Origin: an uncultured Solirubrobacteraceae bacterium
Lineage (GTDB): Bacteria > Actinomycetota > Thermoleophilia > Solirubrobacterales > Solirubrobacteraceae
Direction of reading: 5' to 3'
Assembly: GCA_964588985.1 (NCBI GenBank)
Contig: CAZPQW010000004.1
Span: forward strand, 1-64,000
DNA length: 64,000 nucleotides
Program-made: the position numbers and the translations under genes
Notes under the pieces: generated by a model
Seen by the model: the letters and a program-made list of their open reading frames with translations, nothing else
The model's database searches: none
Told to the model about the DNA's origin: nothing
Shown here: in pieces, positions 28,499-38,620 of the stretch
Layout: each line of letters begins with the position of its first letter
Numbering within the stretch: position 1 is the first letter of the stretch

Positions 28499-29596
28499 AT
28501 GGCGCAGGCGCCCACGTACTTCAGGATGGGCGACATGCTTCGAGCGATTCATCTCATGTCGACACGCCTCCAGACCGCGATCGTCGGCGGGCTCGCCGTG
28601 ATGTTCAGCCTGGCGCTGGCGCCGGCTGCAGCGGCGACGCTCGTGTACGCGACCGGCGGCTTTCCAACCTCACCTCCGAGGCTGCCGCAGCCGGAATGGG
28701 TGTGGGCGGCGCACAACGACGGAACCGCTGCCCACCGGCTGGCGCGAGGCGACGCTCCTCATGTCTCACCCGACGGCAGGCTGGTCGTCTACGCCTCATC
28801 CCAGGGACTCGAGGCGATATCCGCGGCGGGCGGCCAACCACGGACCCTGATCGCCGCATCCGGCTGGCAGGACGAGCCCACCCTTGCGTGGTCGCCGGAC
28901 TCCAAGACGCTGGTGGCGGTGACGGGGAGCAGCGAACTCGGCGCCAAGTCCCTGGTGTGGATCGACGTGGAATCCGGCAGGACGCTTCGCACGCTTGCCG
29001 TCGGTTACGAGTTCTTCGGCGTGGACTTCTCCCCTGACGGCTCGCGGGTCATCTACACACGCGCGCCGGGCACGCAGATGAACACCGATCTGTTCGTAGC
29101 GGTGCTGGCCACCGGTCGCGTGAGGCAGTTCACAAGCGATCGGCGAAGCTCCGCCGCGCTGTGGGGCCGCGGCTGGATCGTGTTTGCGCGCTCGCGCAAG
29201 CCGGCGCGCTCCAACGACGCTCCCAAGCAGGATCTCTATCTGGCCAAGCCGTCGAGATCGGACATCCATCGGCTCACCTTCACCAAACCGGGCTTCCTGT
29301 TGGCGGGCCTGGTTCCCGTGGCGTGGTCCGGCGGAGGGAAAAGGCTGCTCGCGGAGTTCGTCGGCCAGGACACGAGCTACGCGGAGATCGTCAACCCGTC
29401 CACGGGCCGGGTACGAAGGGTCGGCACGTCCGCGCAGGGTCTCGTCGGGTACGCGCTCTCACACGACGGGCGATGGATCCTCGCCACCACGGGCGGGCCC
29501 GACCCTGCTGACAGCAGCGTGGCGATGATCCCGTATGGCGGCGGCAGGTTGCGTGTGCTCGCTCGGCACGCCCACAGTCCCGACTGGAGTGAGTAG
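28499..29596 (+). CDS. Secreted TolB/PD40-type beta-propeller protein (start uncertain)
   Basis: Repeated SPDG/WSPD/FSPDG/SHDG motifs; signal-like segment. Confidence 0.8.
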   Translation: MAQAPTYFRMGDMLRAIHLMSTRLQTAIVGGLAVMFSLALAPAAAATLVYATGGFPTSPPRLPQPEWVWAAHNDGTAAHRLARGDAPHVSPDGRLVVYASSQGLEAISAAGGQPRTLIAASGWQDEPTLAWSPDSKTLVAVTGSSELGAKSLVWIDVESGRTLRTLAVGYEFFGVDFSPDGSRVIYTRAPGTQMNTDLFVAVLATGRVRQFTSDRRSSAALWGRGWIVFARSRKPARSNDAPKQDLYLAKPSRSDIHRLTFTKPGFLLAGLVPVAWSGGGKRLLAEFVGQDTSYAEIVNPSTGRVRRVGTSAQGLVGYALSHDGRWILATTGGPDPADSSVAMIPYGGGRLRVLARHAHSPDWSE

Positions 29597-29610
29597 GCCG
29601 GAGCTGTCAA

Positions 29611-29988
29611 TCAGGGCGACGCCGCGTCTTCGGCACGGTTGCGCACGCGATCCGCAGGGCGCAGGATCCGATTGACGAGCCAAACGACGAGCGCCCCGGC
29701 GAACGTCGACCAGAATCCACCGACGTGAAAGTCGGGCACCACTGCGCTTGTGACCCAGAGCATGAGCGCGTTCACGAACAGCAGGGCTACACCGAGCGAT
29801 AGGACGATCGCCGGCAAGGTCAGGAGGATCACAAGCGGGCGTAGCGCAAAGCTCGCAAGCCCGAGTATGGCTCCCGCCAGCAGGAGGGTTCCCGGGTCGT
29901 TGCCGTAGCTGATCGCCGGCACCACCGCTGCTGCCGCGAGCAGGCCTGCGCAATTGCACAGCCAAACAGCTATCAGGCGCGGCCACAT
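29611..29988 (-). CDS. 4-TM membrane protein of the YvlD / holin superfamily IV type
   Basis: RPLVILLTLP...LG...VNA...GFWS. Confidence 0.8.
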   Translation of the reverse strand: MWPRLIAVWLCNCAGLLAAAAVVPAISYGNDPGTLLLAGAILGLASFALRPLVILLTLPAIVLSLGVALLFVNALMLWVTSAVVPDFHVGGFWSTFAGALVVWLVNRILRPADRVRNRAEDAASP

Positions 29989-30071
29989 ATAGGGAGCCTA
30001 CGGACGATCCAGCACGGTGTCGCGCCACGATCGAGGTAGGTGGATTTCCGTACTGACGTAACGTAGGCGGG

Positions 30072-30677
30072 ATGGAGGGCTACTGGCGCACGGACGACGA
30101 CAGGAACGCCGTGACCTTCGGAGTGGACCTGTACTGGCTCCCGCTGGGCGCGGGCGGCCATTCGGTGCGACTGAACGGTAAGGCGTACGAGGCGATGGTT
30201 GCTGCCGTGGAGCGAAGGTCGGTGTGTGATCTCTACCACTCCGCCCTCGAGGTGCGAGTAGCTGAGGGCACGTATGTGATCGAGATGACGCCGATCCCGG
30301 ATGCGTATCCAGAGCGACGCGGTGTGGTGGGTGTTGGCGCGGTCGGAGCGCGCTGGGCGGGGCGGCTGAGGATCTTCCGCTACGAGGTTCGGCGCTGGTG
30401 CGGTGGTGCGATTCCCGATGTAGCCGAGGCGGTCGACAGTCCGCGGCGGCTCACCGACGATCCCGCGTGTGCGCGAGCGCTGCTCGACCTCGTGCCGTCG
30501 GTGCCGCTGGCCGTGTGGGGGCGCGACGAGATGGGTGCCGGCGAAATGTGGAACTCCAACTCGCTCATCTCATGGCTGATCGTGCGCGCCGGGATGGACG
30601 AGGGGTTGGTAGCCCTACCTGTGGGCGGCCGTGCCCCCGGCTGGCGAGCCGGTGTGGCCGTTGCGCGTCGCAGCTGA
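30072..30677 (+). CDS. Hypothetical protein, possibly permuted papain-like fold
   Basis: LYHSALEV and WNSNS motifs. Confidence 0.65.
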   Translation: MEGYWRTDDDRNAVTFGVDLYWLPLGAGGHSVRLNGKAYEAMVAAVERRSVCDLYHSALEVRVAEGTYVIEMTPIPDAYPERRGVVGVGAVGARWAGRLRIFRYEVRRWCGGAIPDVAEAVDSPRRLTDDPACARALLDLVPSVPLAVWGRDEMGAGEMWNSNSLISWLIVRAGMDEGLVALPVGGRAPGWRAGVAVARRS

Positions 30678-31286
30678 GCGCGTCGAGCTTGTCGCGAGCT
30701 TCTCAGCCCTCTCCTTGATCCCCGACAGCATCTTGCGCTCCATCACGAGCGAGCCGGGCTCCATCGGCAGCATCCCCACACGCGCGAGGAGCGTGGGGAG
30801 GCGGAAGCGGTTGCGGCTGATGAGGCGCGTGCCGTCCGGCGTGGCTTCGAGCACGAACGCCCACACCCAGTTCCCATCCTGCGAGCGCAGCGCTAGTACG
30901 CGTTCGGACTCGATCAGCTCGAAGCGCATCGTGTTCGCGCCGAAGCCGATTGTGTCGCCAACCTGAGGGTTCTGGAACTCACTCAGCACACGGTCGGCAC
31001 TGTGCATGTTGAGACCGAGCAGGTTCTCGATCCAGTCATACGTGTAGGCGCCACCGCGCGGTGCGGGCCCCATCTGCGCCAGCCACGGCCACACGTCCGC
31101 GGGCGGAGCTTGGATGTCCACCGCACGGGTCGAGATCCCATCCGGGGCGGGCAGCAGCTCGTCGCCCGGGAGTACCGCGGAGACCTCGTGCTCGGTGGCT
31201 CCCCACGTGAGGATTGTTCGGCGCAGCAGTGTGAAGTACGCCGCCGCCACCGAGATCAGCGCGAGCGCGACGAGTCGCGGCTTCAT
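30615..31286 (-). CDS. SRPBCC-like protein
   Basis: WGAT..E...LPGDEL; VWPWLAQMG; YTYDWIEN; MERKML.GIKERAE. Confidence 0.8.
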   Translation of the reverse strand: MKPRLVALALISVAAAYFTLLRRTILTWGATEHEVSAVLPGDELLPAPDGISTRAVDIQAPPADVWPWLAQMGPAPRGGAYTYDWIENLLGLNMHSADRVLSEFQNPQVGDTIGFGANTMRFELIESERVLALRSQDGNWVWAFVLEATPDGTRLISRNRFRLPTLLARVGMLPMEPGSLVMERKMLSGIKERAEKLATSSTRSAATRNGHTGSPAGGTAAHR

Positions 31287-31425
31287 CGGCTCACGTGCGC
31301 TCGAGCGCGACTCGGAATTGGGTGCGATTCCATGCACACAGCTTCCTCGCCGAAAGATGTGTAGCCATCCGTTTTCAGCCGCAAAGTTCGCGCGAGGCCT
31401 TCCCCGCGACAGCTAGCCTGCGCGT

Positions 31426-32223
31426 GTGTACAGCGCCTTCACCCCATCGCACCGCGGAGGCGCGGGATCGCCGCTCGTGTGCCTCCATGGCTTCATGGAC
31501 ACGTGGCGAACGTGGGAGTTGGTGCTCCCCGAGCTAGAACGCCATCACGCAGTGCTCGCGCCGACGATGCCCGGTCACGCGGGCGGACCGGCGCTTGAGG
31601 GGGTGCTGAGCGACGCGACGATGCCCGACGCGGTCGAGCGCGCGATGGACGACGCGGGCTTCGACACCGCGCACCTGGTGGGCAACTCGCTCGGCGGCTA
31701 CGTCGCTCTCCAACTCGCGGCGCGAGGCAGGGCGAGATCGGTCGTGGCGTTTGCTCCCGCCGGCGGCTGGGCGGAGGGCGACGAGGCGCTTGGTGAGCTT
31801 CTCTCACTCCAAGCTGGGATGCACGAGCAGATCAAGGCGGCAGCTCCTTCTGCGCAGGAGCTGTTGGCCTCGTCCGAGGGCAGGCGCCGCGCGACGCAGC
31901 TCATCTGCGTGAACTTCGAGCACATCCCGGCTGAGCTGTTGGTCCACCAGATGCTCGGCATAGCCAAATGCGAAGCGCGGCCGATGCTCGACTACGCGCT
32001 CCGTCAGGGCTACCACCTCGATGCGCAGCGGATCGACTGTCCGGTTCGGGTCGTATGGGGGACGCAGGACAGGCTGCTGGCGTGGCCATTCTCCGCGGTG
32101 CGCTTTCGCGAGGAGTGGCTTGCGCACGCCGACTGGGTCGAGTTGGAAGAAGTGGGTCACTGCCCGCAGCTCGACGTCCCGCTCGTGGCGGCGCAGCTGA
32201 TCGTGGGGTTCACGGCCGGTTGA
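31426..32223 (+). CDS. Alpha/beta hydrolase
   Basis: LHGF, GNSLGG, GHCPQ. Confidence 0.9.
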   Translation: MYSAFTPSHRGGAGSPLVCLHGFMDTWRTWELVLPELERHHAVLAPTMPGHAGGPALEGVLSDATMPDAVERAMDDAGFDTAHLVGNSLGGYVALQLAARGRARSVVAFAPAGGWAEGDEALGELLSLQAGMHEQIKAAAPSAQELLASSEGRRRATQLICVNFEHIPAELLVHQMLGIAKCEARPMLDYALRQGYHLDAQRIDCPVRVVWGTQDRLLAWPFSAVRFREEWLAHADWVELEEVGHCPQLDVPLVAAQLIVGFTAG

Positions 32224-32342
32224 CGGCCGCGCCTGCGCGTGGACACGTCTGAACTCGACTCCGGAGGGTCGGGTTTCTCCGGTCCGATGCCGAGGGTTTT
32301 CGCGGTTTCGCGCGGAGGGCCGGCGGGCTACGGTCGGTGCAG

Positions 32343-33773
32343 ATGGCGAGCGTTCGAAATCCATTGGCTTGCTTTGCGCTGACGTTGGGCGCCGTAGTTG
32401 CGACGCTGTCAGGCTGGGCGCCGGTGGCGCAGGCTGGCTGGTCGGCGCCGCGGGTGGTGGCATCTGCCCTGCCCTTGCACGTGGGCAGCGGCTACGTATC
32501 CGCGATCGTCGGCCGTGTGGCCGTCGACTCGCACGGCGATGTGGCGGTGGCCTGGTCGAGGACCGGGGCGCGGCCGGCTGAGTATCGGGGCCGGCGCTGC
32601 TCGTGGACGTCGGGGAAGCCGAAGCGGTTGGGTTGCTACCCGGTGACCACGGTGCATCTCACGGTTGTGACGGCGAATGGGCACACGATCACCCGCGTGG
32701 TGAGCTCTGCGCGGGCCGAGGAGCTGCTCGGGGTCGTGCTCAGCCCTTCGGAGGCGACGGTGCTGCTCGGGTACGCGACGCCCCGGATCGACTCCCCGGG
32801 CGGAGTGCGTGTCGCCTACGGCCCGCTGATCGGGCGCTGGTCCGCGCCTCAGTCGATCAGTGGGCGCTGGAGCATCGGGTGGACGAACGCGCGTCCCGGG
32901 GCGCAGCCGAATCTCGCGCTGTCCCCGGATGGCACAGTGCTGGTCGCCTGGAACGGGTGCCTGACGCAATATGCGTGCTACGGCATCGTCGGCGAAGGGT
33001 ACGCACAGCAGCGGGTCGTGGTCGCGTGGCATCGCCCCGGACGCCCATTCGGCCCGCCGACGGTGGTGCGCGCGGCGCCGCTCGGGTCAGTTCCGCAGTT
33101 CGACGCCGCCGGGACCACATACCTATCCAGCAGATGCAGCGGGACCGTGGCGATCGCACCGGCGCACAGACGGCGCTTCACCCACACGATCGTGACCAGA
33201 GGGGCAGCGAAGTCATTCACGCTCGCCCTGTCCGGCGCAGGACAGGGGCTCGCAGCGTGGGTCTCCGGAGCCTGTTCCTATGACGAAACGACACCGCCCC
33301 AGAGCGGGACCTTGCTCGCGAGTCTCCTGCGAGCGAGACGGTTCGCTACACCGTTCGCGCTCACCTCCGCGCCAGCGGAATCGGCCGATGCGGCCGCCAC
33401 TGCCCCTGGCGTCACCGTCAGCTGGCATGTCCGCACAGCCAACCAGACAGAAGAACCGTTCAGCGTCCAGATTGGCGCCAACGGCCTCCCGGGTGCGACG
33501 CAGCAGGGCGCCAACGCAGTGATTCCCATCACCGCCGACGGTCGCGGCGACGTGGTGTGCCGAGGCGGGCGAGCAGCGAACACCTATGGAGTCGGAGCAC
33601 CAAGCCCCGGTCCACTCGCCGACAAGCTGTTCGTTAGACCTGCTGGCGGCGGTCTCGATCAGCCGGCGCCCGCACCCTTCGGGGAAATCGCCACTGCTCC
33701 AGCCGAGCGCACGATCGCAGAGATCTGGTCCCCGGACACGAGGCAGCTGGACCTATCGATCTGGCGCCCGTGA
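32343..33773 (+). CDS. Secreted hypothetical repeat protein
   Basis: Signal peptide ending AQA; recurrent G-x-x-x-V-A-W repeats. Confidence 0.65.
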   Translation: MASVRNPLACFALTLGAVVATLSGWAPVAQAGWSAPRVVASALPLHVGSGYVSAIVGRVAVDSHGDVAVAWSRTGARPAEYRGRRCSWTSGKPKRLGCYPVTTVHLTVVTANGHTITRVVSSARAEELLGVVLSPSEATVLLGYATPRIDSPGGVRVAYGPLIGRWSAPQSISGRWSIGWTNARPGAQPNLALSPDGTVLVAWNGCLTQYACYGIVGEGYAQQRVVVAWHRPGRPFGPPTVVRAAPLGSVPQFDAAGTTYLSSRCSGTVAIAPAHRRRFTHTIVTRGAAKSFTLALSGAGQGLAAWVSGACSYDETTPPQSGTLLASLLRARRFATPFALTSAPAESADAAATAPGVTVSWHVRTANQTEEPFSVQIGANGLPGATQQGANAVIPITADGRGDVVCRGGRAANTYGVGAPSPGPLADKLFVRPAGGGLDQPAPAPFGEIATAPAERTIAEIWSPDTRQLDLSIWRP

Positions 33774-33855
33774 CAGGCGCTGGCGTAGCGACGGCGGGCG
33801 GCCACGTCCCAAACGCTGCACTAGCATCCATTTGAATCCGGTGAAAGGGGACAAG

Positions 33856-34344
33856 TTGGCTGTCGGCGCGAGCATTTCCAAGGCTGTGGTCCGCGGGATC
33901 GACGATCTACGGGCGCTGCAGGATCAGGTTGTTGGCCCGAGCGCGTGGTGCGAGGTGACGCAGGAGATGGTCAACCAGTTCGCGGATCTCACCGGCGATC
34001 ATCAATGGATCCACGTGGACGTGGAGCGCGCGAAGGTGGAGAGCCCGTTCGGTACGACCATCGCCCACGGCAACTTGACGCTGGGGCTGATCGACGGCCT
34101 GCGTCGAGACCTGAGCGAGTGGAGCGGCTTCAAGCTCGGCGTCAACTACGGCTGGAACAAGGTTCGCTTCCCGGCTCCCGTGCTCGTCGGCGCGAAGCTG
34201 CGCTGCTACTCCCAGTTCATCGAGGTCTCAGAGGTCGGCGGTGGCTGGTACCAGGTGGTCACCCGCGTCACCGTCGAGGCTGAGGGCGGCGAGAAGCCGG
34301 TGTGCGTGGCCGACAGCGTGGGGCGCCTGCTCGTCGACGACTGA
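33856..34344 (+). CDS. MaoC family dehydratase
   Basis: FADLTGDHQWIHVD...TIAHG; VRFPAPV. Confidence 0.92.
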   Translation: MAVGASISKAVVRGIDDLRALQDQVVGPSAWCEVTQEMVNQFADLTGDHQWIHVDVERAKVESPFGTTIAHGNLTLGLIDGLRRDLSEWSGFKLGVNYGWNKVRFPAPVLVGAKLRCYSQFIEVSEVGGGWYQVVTRVTVEAEGGEKPVCVADSVGRLLVDD

Positions 34345-34368
34345 CTTTCCGGGGGCGATGCTAACCTC

Positions 34369-34394
34369 AACATGTGACCGTATGGTAACGTGTT
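34369..34394. promoter_or_regulatory. Imperfect inverted repeat, probable ArsR operator
   Basis: AACATGTGACCG-TA-TGGTAACGTGTT directly before the ArsR ATG. Confidence 0.5.
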
Positions 34395-34736
34395 ATGGAT
34401 GAGATGGACGCGGTGTTCAAGGCCCTTGCCGATCCGACGCGCCGGAGCCTGCTCGATGAGCTGTTCAAGCAGGACGGGCAGACGTTGACTGCCCTGGAGC
34501 AGAGGTTCTCGCTGTCGCGCTTCACCGTGATGAAGCACCTCAAGGTGCTCGAGGAGGCGGGTCTGGTGACCACGAAACGACGTGGGCGCGAGAAGCTTCA
34601 CTTCCTCAACCCCGTGCCGATCAGGCTCGTCCACGACCGGTGGGTGAGCAAGTACGCAGAGCCCTGGGCGCAAGCGCTCAGCGAGCTTAAGACAAAGATC
34701 GAGGAGGACGACGCAGATGAGCGCACAGAGCGGTAA
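34395..34736 (+). CDS. ArsR/SmtB family regulator
   Basis: FKALADPTRR; KHLKVLEEAGLV. Confidence 0.92.
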   Translation: MDEMDAVFKALADPTRRSLLDELFKQDGQTLTALEQRFSLSRFTVMKHLKVLEEAGLVTTKRRGREKLHFLNPVPIRLVHDRWVSKYAEPWAQALSELKTKIEEDDADERTER

Positions 34737-35202
34737 GCGGCCGTGGACGGCCGAGCCGACGGAGAAGGTGTTCGAGATCTACATCAAAACCACGCCCGAG
34801 CGGCTGTGGGAGGCGATCACCGACGAAGGGATGCGACAGCGCTACAACTTCGGCGTCGGGGTGGTCACCGACTGGAAGCAGGGCTCCGGGTACACGCTTT
34901 CGCACCCGCGCGGGGGCAACATCGCGGCGGGAGAGAACCTCGAGGTCGACCCGCCGCTGCGACTCGTGCAGAGCTTCGCCGCGCTGTGGAGCGATGACGT
35001 CAAGAACGAAGGCACCTCGAGGGTCACGTGGGAGATCGAACCGGTGGGCGACTCCTGCCGGCTGACCGTCACCCACGACCAGCTCGGCGAGGACGCCAAC
35101 AGCGAGATCTACGGCGGCTGGCCGATGATCCTCTCCGGCCTGAAGACGCTGCTCGAGACCGGCGAGACGCTCACCACGCCAGGCTCGCTTCGCTACGCGT
35201 GA
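34717..35202 (+). CDS. SRPBCC (AHSA1-like) domain protein
   Basis: IKTTPERLWEAIT; GGWPMILSGLKTLLETG. Confidence 0.88.
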   Translation: MSAQSGKRPWTAEPTEKVFEIYIKTTPERLWEAITDEGMRQRYNFGVGVVTDWKQGSGYTLSHPRGGNIAAGENLEVDPPLRLVQSFAALWSDDVKNEGTSRVTWEIEPVGDSCRLTVTHDQLGEDANSEIYGGWPMILSGLKTLLETGETLTTPGSLRYA

Positions 35203-35221
35203 ATGTGAGAAAATGGAACTC

Positions 35222-35632
35222 ATGAGCGAAGCCGTCGATCGCTATCGCGCGTCATCGGAGTCCAACGACATCGACGCGCTCATGCAGACGCTCGCTCCGG
35301 GCATCGAGTTGGTTTCGCCGATCTCCGGCCGGATGGTGTTCCGCGGCGAGCGGGACGTACGGATCCTGCTCACCGCGGTGTACGGGACCCTGAAGGGCTG
35401 GCGCTGGCGTGAAGCGATCGGCGAGGGCTCGACGCGCGTGGTCGTGGGCGACGGCTCGATTGGCCCGTTCAAGCTGGGGGACTCGATGGTGTTCGAGCTG
35501 GCGCAGGACGGACGGATCGAGCGGATCAGACCATACCTGCGCCCGTGGCTCGGGTTGACGGTCTTCGCGCTGATCCTCGGGTCGAAGGTCGCCCGACACC
35601 CCGGGGTGGTGCTGCGCGCGTTGCGCGGGTAG
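35222..35632 (+). CDS. NTF2/SnoaL-like protein
   Basis: DIDAL...LAPGIELVSP...DGRI. Confidence 0.75.
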   Translation: MSEAVDRYRASSESNDIDALMQTLAPGIELVSPISGRMVFRGERDVRILLTAVYGTLKGWRWREAIGEGSTRVVVGDGSIGPFKLGDSMVFELAQDGRIERIRPYLRPWLGLTVFALILGSKVARHPGVVLRALRG

Positions 35633-35638
35633 CTGGAT

Positions 35639-36268
35639 CTAGGAGCCGCGCCGCGCGCTGCCGAGCACGAACGGGATACCGAGCGATCCCGGGCCCGAGC
35701 TGAAACGCTTGACGCGTTCGACGACGAAGCCGGCGGCGGAGATCGCGCCGACCGTGTCGCGCGCGAGATGGCAGCCGGCGCCCAGCTGCGGCCAGATGCC
35801 GGTGCGGTCGAGGCTCCTCTGCACCGCCTGCCCGACGCTCCGTTCGGCGACGACGTGCTCGAAGAAGCGCAGCTCTCCGTCCGGCGCGAGGACCCGATGG
35901 AGCTCCGCAAGCACCGTCTGCTGGTCGCTCACCGAGCACAGCACGAGCGAGCTGATGGCCGAGTCGCACGTGCCGTCCTCGACCGGCAGCAGCTCGGCGA
36001 CGCCGTCGACCACGGCGATCGGGACGGGTGCGCTCCGCGCGGCGGCGGAGGCGATCTGTCGCAGGTAGGGCTCGGGCTCGATGGCGAGCACGTCGCGGAC
36101 CTCGGGCGGGTAGTGGACGAAGTTGCGCCCGTCGCCCGCGCCGACCTCGACCACGCGTCCGCTCAGGCCGGCGAGCAGCTCGCGGCGCTGGCGCTCCGTA
36201 CCCACCTTCCCCGACATGCGCGCCCATACGCGCGCGAACACCGGATGCCGGGCTCCATTCGAGCTCAT
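35639..36268 (-). CDS. Class I SAM-dependent methyltransferase
   Basis: VEVGAGDG; LVLCSV; FFEHV; ATGA coupling to TetR. Confidence 0.88.
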   Translation of the reverse strand: MSSNGARHPVFARVWARMSGKVGTERQRRELLAGLSGRVVEVGAGDGRNFVHYPPEVRDVLAIEPEPYLRQIASAAARSAPVPIAVVDGVAELLPVEDGTCDSAISSLVLCSVSDQQTVLAELHRVLAPDGELRFFEHVVAERSVGQAVQRSLDRTGIWPQLGAGCHLARDTVGAISAAGFVVERVKRFSSGPGSLGIPFVLGSARRGS

Positions 36269-36864
36269 ACGCCGGCGCCGACCGCGCGGCGGACGAAGGA
36301 ACGCATCGACGCCGCGATCTCTGCGCTCGACGGCGGATGGCCGGCGAGGGGGGAGAGGGGGCCGACGAGCGCCTCGCCGACCCCGCCGACGAGCGCGGCG
36401 GCGGTGAAGTCGACGTTCTGCTCGGGGACCTCCCCGGCCGCGATCGCCGCGCGCAGTCCCGCGGCGAGCAGGCTCGCGTAGTGGGAGCGGTAGGCGAGGC
36501 GCTCGGCGTCGACGAGCGGGTCGACCGGCTCGGCGATCAGCGCCCACGCGAGGCGCGGGTTGCGAAGCGCTCGCTCTGCGAAGGTCTGAAGGACGCTCTC
36601 GATGCGCTCGACCGTGCTGTCCACATCCCGCTCCGCGGCCTCCCTGCCGACCTCGAGCTCGCGCTGGCAGACGGTGCGAAACAGCTCCACGAACAGCTCC
36701 GCCTTCGACGGGAAGTGCCGATAGAGCGTGCCCGACGCGAGTCCCGCCCGTTGCGTGATCGCGACCACCGACGCGGCCGCGTAGCCGCCCTCTTCGGTGA
36801 GCTCGCGAGCCGCGCTCAGGAGCCGCTCGCGCGTCGTTGCCTCTGCTATCCCAGAGCTGCTCAT
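36265..36864 (-). CDS. TetR/AcrR family regulator
   Basis: AGLASGTLYRHFPSK. Confidence 0.92.
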   Translation of the reverse strand: MSSSGIAEATTRERLLSAARELTEEGGYAAASVVAITQRAGLASGTLYRHFPSKAELFVELFRTVCQRELEVGREAAERDVDSTVERIESVLQTFAERALRNPRLAWALIAEPVDPLVDAERLAYRSHYASLLAAGLRAAIAAGEVPEQNVDFTAAALVGGVGEALVGPLSPLAGHPPSSAEIAASMRSFVRRAVGAGV

Positions 36865-38489
36865 GCGGCGAGCGCCCGCTCGACGATCGCGCCCGCGTCG
36901 ACGCCCACCGGCAGCGTGCCGTAGGCGCGCCCGCCCTGCCCACCGAGGCGCGCCGCGCAGAACGCGTCAGCCACCGCGGCCGGCGCGTGGCGCACGAGCA
37001 GGCTGCCCTGCAGTGCGAATCCGAGGTCCTCGACGAGCCCGCGCGCTTGGAACTGCGCGTCCGCGAGGCGCTGCTCGATCGGTTGCGAGTCCTCGCCCGC
37101 GAACAGCGCCGACGTACGCTCGGCGATCGAGTCGACGTGCGCGTCCAGGTGCCTGTTCGCGCCTGACGCGAGCCTGCACTCCTCGAGGAACGCGGGCAGG
37201 CCCTCAGGCTCCCGCGCCATCGCGCGCAGCACGTCGAGCGCGGCCACATTGCCCGAGCCCTCCCAGATGCCGGCGAGCGGCGCGTCGCGGTAGAGCAGCG
37301 GTAGCCCGGAGTCCTCCACGAACCCGTTGCCGCCGAGGCACTCCAGCGACTCGGCCGCGTGGGCGGCGGCGCGCTTGCACACGTGGTACTTCGCGACCGC
37401 TGTGCCGAAGCGCCTGAACGCAGGTTCGTCGCGGTCGTAGGAGCTTGCGATCCGAAGCGCGGTGACGGTCGCCGCCTCGGACTCGATCGCGAGGTCCGCG
37501 AGCACGTTGCGCATCGCGGGCTGCTCCACCAGCGGCGCGCCGAACGCCGAGCGGTGGCGCGTGTGGTGGATCGCCTCGACCACGCCGCGGCGCATGCCCG
37601 TGGCGGTTCCCATCAGACAGTCCAGACGGGTGTGGTTGACCATGCGGATGATCGCCTTCACACCGCGACCCTCCTGGCCGACGAGCCGTCCGCGGATGCC
37701 GCGGAACTCGACCTCGCTGGAGGGCAGCGAGCGGGTGCCGAGCTTGTCCTTCAGGCGCTGGAACTCCATCCCCGGACCGCGCTCCACGAGGAAGCACGAC
37801 AGCCCCGCGGGCGCCTGCGCGAGCACGAGGAACACGTCGCACGGGGGGTAGGAGCAGAACCACTTGTGCCCGTGCAGCTCGTACTCGCCGTCGCCCATGG
37901 GCTCCGCGCGGGTGATGTTCGCGCGCACGTCCGAGCCGCCCTGGCGCTCGGTCATCGCCATGCCCGCGAGCGCGCCCTGCTCGTAGTCGGGGAGCGTCAG
38001 GCGCCCTTCCCACTGCGCCGCTAGCTCCGGCGCGGCCTCGCGCAGCGCGGGCACGACCGCGTAGGTCATCGACACGGGGCACATCACGCCGCCGTTCGCG
38101 TTCGACCACATCATGAACATCGCGCCGCGCACCACGTGCGCGCCCACCTGCGGCTCGCGCCACGGAAGCGCGTGAATCCCGTGCTCGATCGCGCGCGCGA
38201 GCAGCCAGTGCCACGAGGGGTCGAGGTCGACCTCGTCGACGCGTTTGCCGAAGCGGTCGTAGGGGACCAGGCGCGGCTCGTTGCGCTCGGCGCGACGCGA
38301 GTGCTCGCGCGCCTCGGGGCTGCCCGCGAGCCGGCTGACGGCGCCGATGCGCTCGACTCCCCACGCTCCGTCGCCGCGTGCGACGGCCTCCTGCAGCGCC
38401 GCATCCGCGCCGAAGTGGTCGAACGGCTCGAGTTCAACGGACTGGTTGAGGACCTCGCGGACGGGCGAGGCGGAGGCTGTGATCGTCAT
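36861..38489 (-). CDS. AidB-like acyl-CoA dehydrogenase family protein
   Basis: CPVSMTYA; GMAMTERQGGSDV; RLKDKLG; IWEGSGNV. Confidence 0.9.
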   Translation of the reverse strand: MTITASASPVREVLNQSVELEPFDHFGADAALQEAVARGDGAWGVERIGAVSRLAGSPEAREHSRRAERNEPRLVPYDRFGKRVDEVDLDPSWHWLLARAIEHGIHALPWREPQVGAHVVRGAMFMMWSNANGGVMCPVSMTYAVVPALREAAPELAAQWEGRLTLPDYEQGALAGMAMTERQGGSDVRANITRAEPMGDGEYELHGHKWFCSYPPCDVFLVLAQAPAGLSCFLVERGPGMEFQRLKDKLGTRSLPSSEVEFRGIRGRLVGQEGRGVKAIIRMVNHTRLDCLMGTATGMRRGVVEAIHHTRHRSAFGAPLVEQPAMRNVLADLAIESEAATVTALRIASSYDRDEPAFRRFGTAVAKYHVCKRAAAHAAESLECLGGNGFVEDSGLPLLYRDAPLAGIWEGSGNVAALDVLRAMAREPEGLPAFLEECRLASGANRHLDAHVDSIAERTSALFAGEDSQPIEQRLADAQFQARGLVEDLGFALQGSLLVRHAPAAVADAFCAARLGGQGGRAYGTLPVGVDAGAIVERALAA

Positions 38490-38522
38490 CGGTGTCCCTC
38501 CGGGAAGTGTCGCGAAAACTGA

Positions 38523-38563
38523 TGTGAATCGAGATTCGCAAGCGTAGCGAATCCGGATTCACA
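38523..38563. promoter_or_regulatory. Twin palindromic operators upstream of the AidB-like operon
   Basis: TGTGAATCGAGATTCGC-N7-GCGAATCCGGATTCACA; each half contains GAATC-N2-GATTC. Confidence 0.7.
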
Positions 38564-38620
38564 GTGCAACGGGCACAGGCGTGGCTCCCGACTGTGCGGC
38601 TGCGAATTGCGCGCACTCGA

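Noticed and set aside
29611-29988. Holin-family gene as evidence of a prophage
   Set aside because: This 4-TM family is common on chromosomes; no endolysin, capsid, terminase or integrase genes in the window
14465-35632. A single intact integrative element spanning the accessory region
   Set aside because: No integrase, transposase or distal att copy found by eye; looks like accreted remnants
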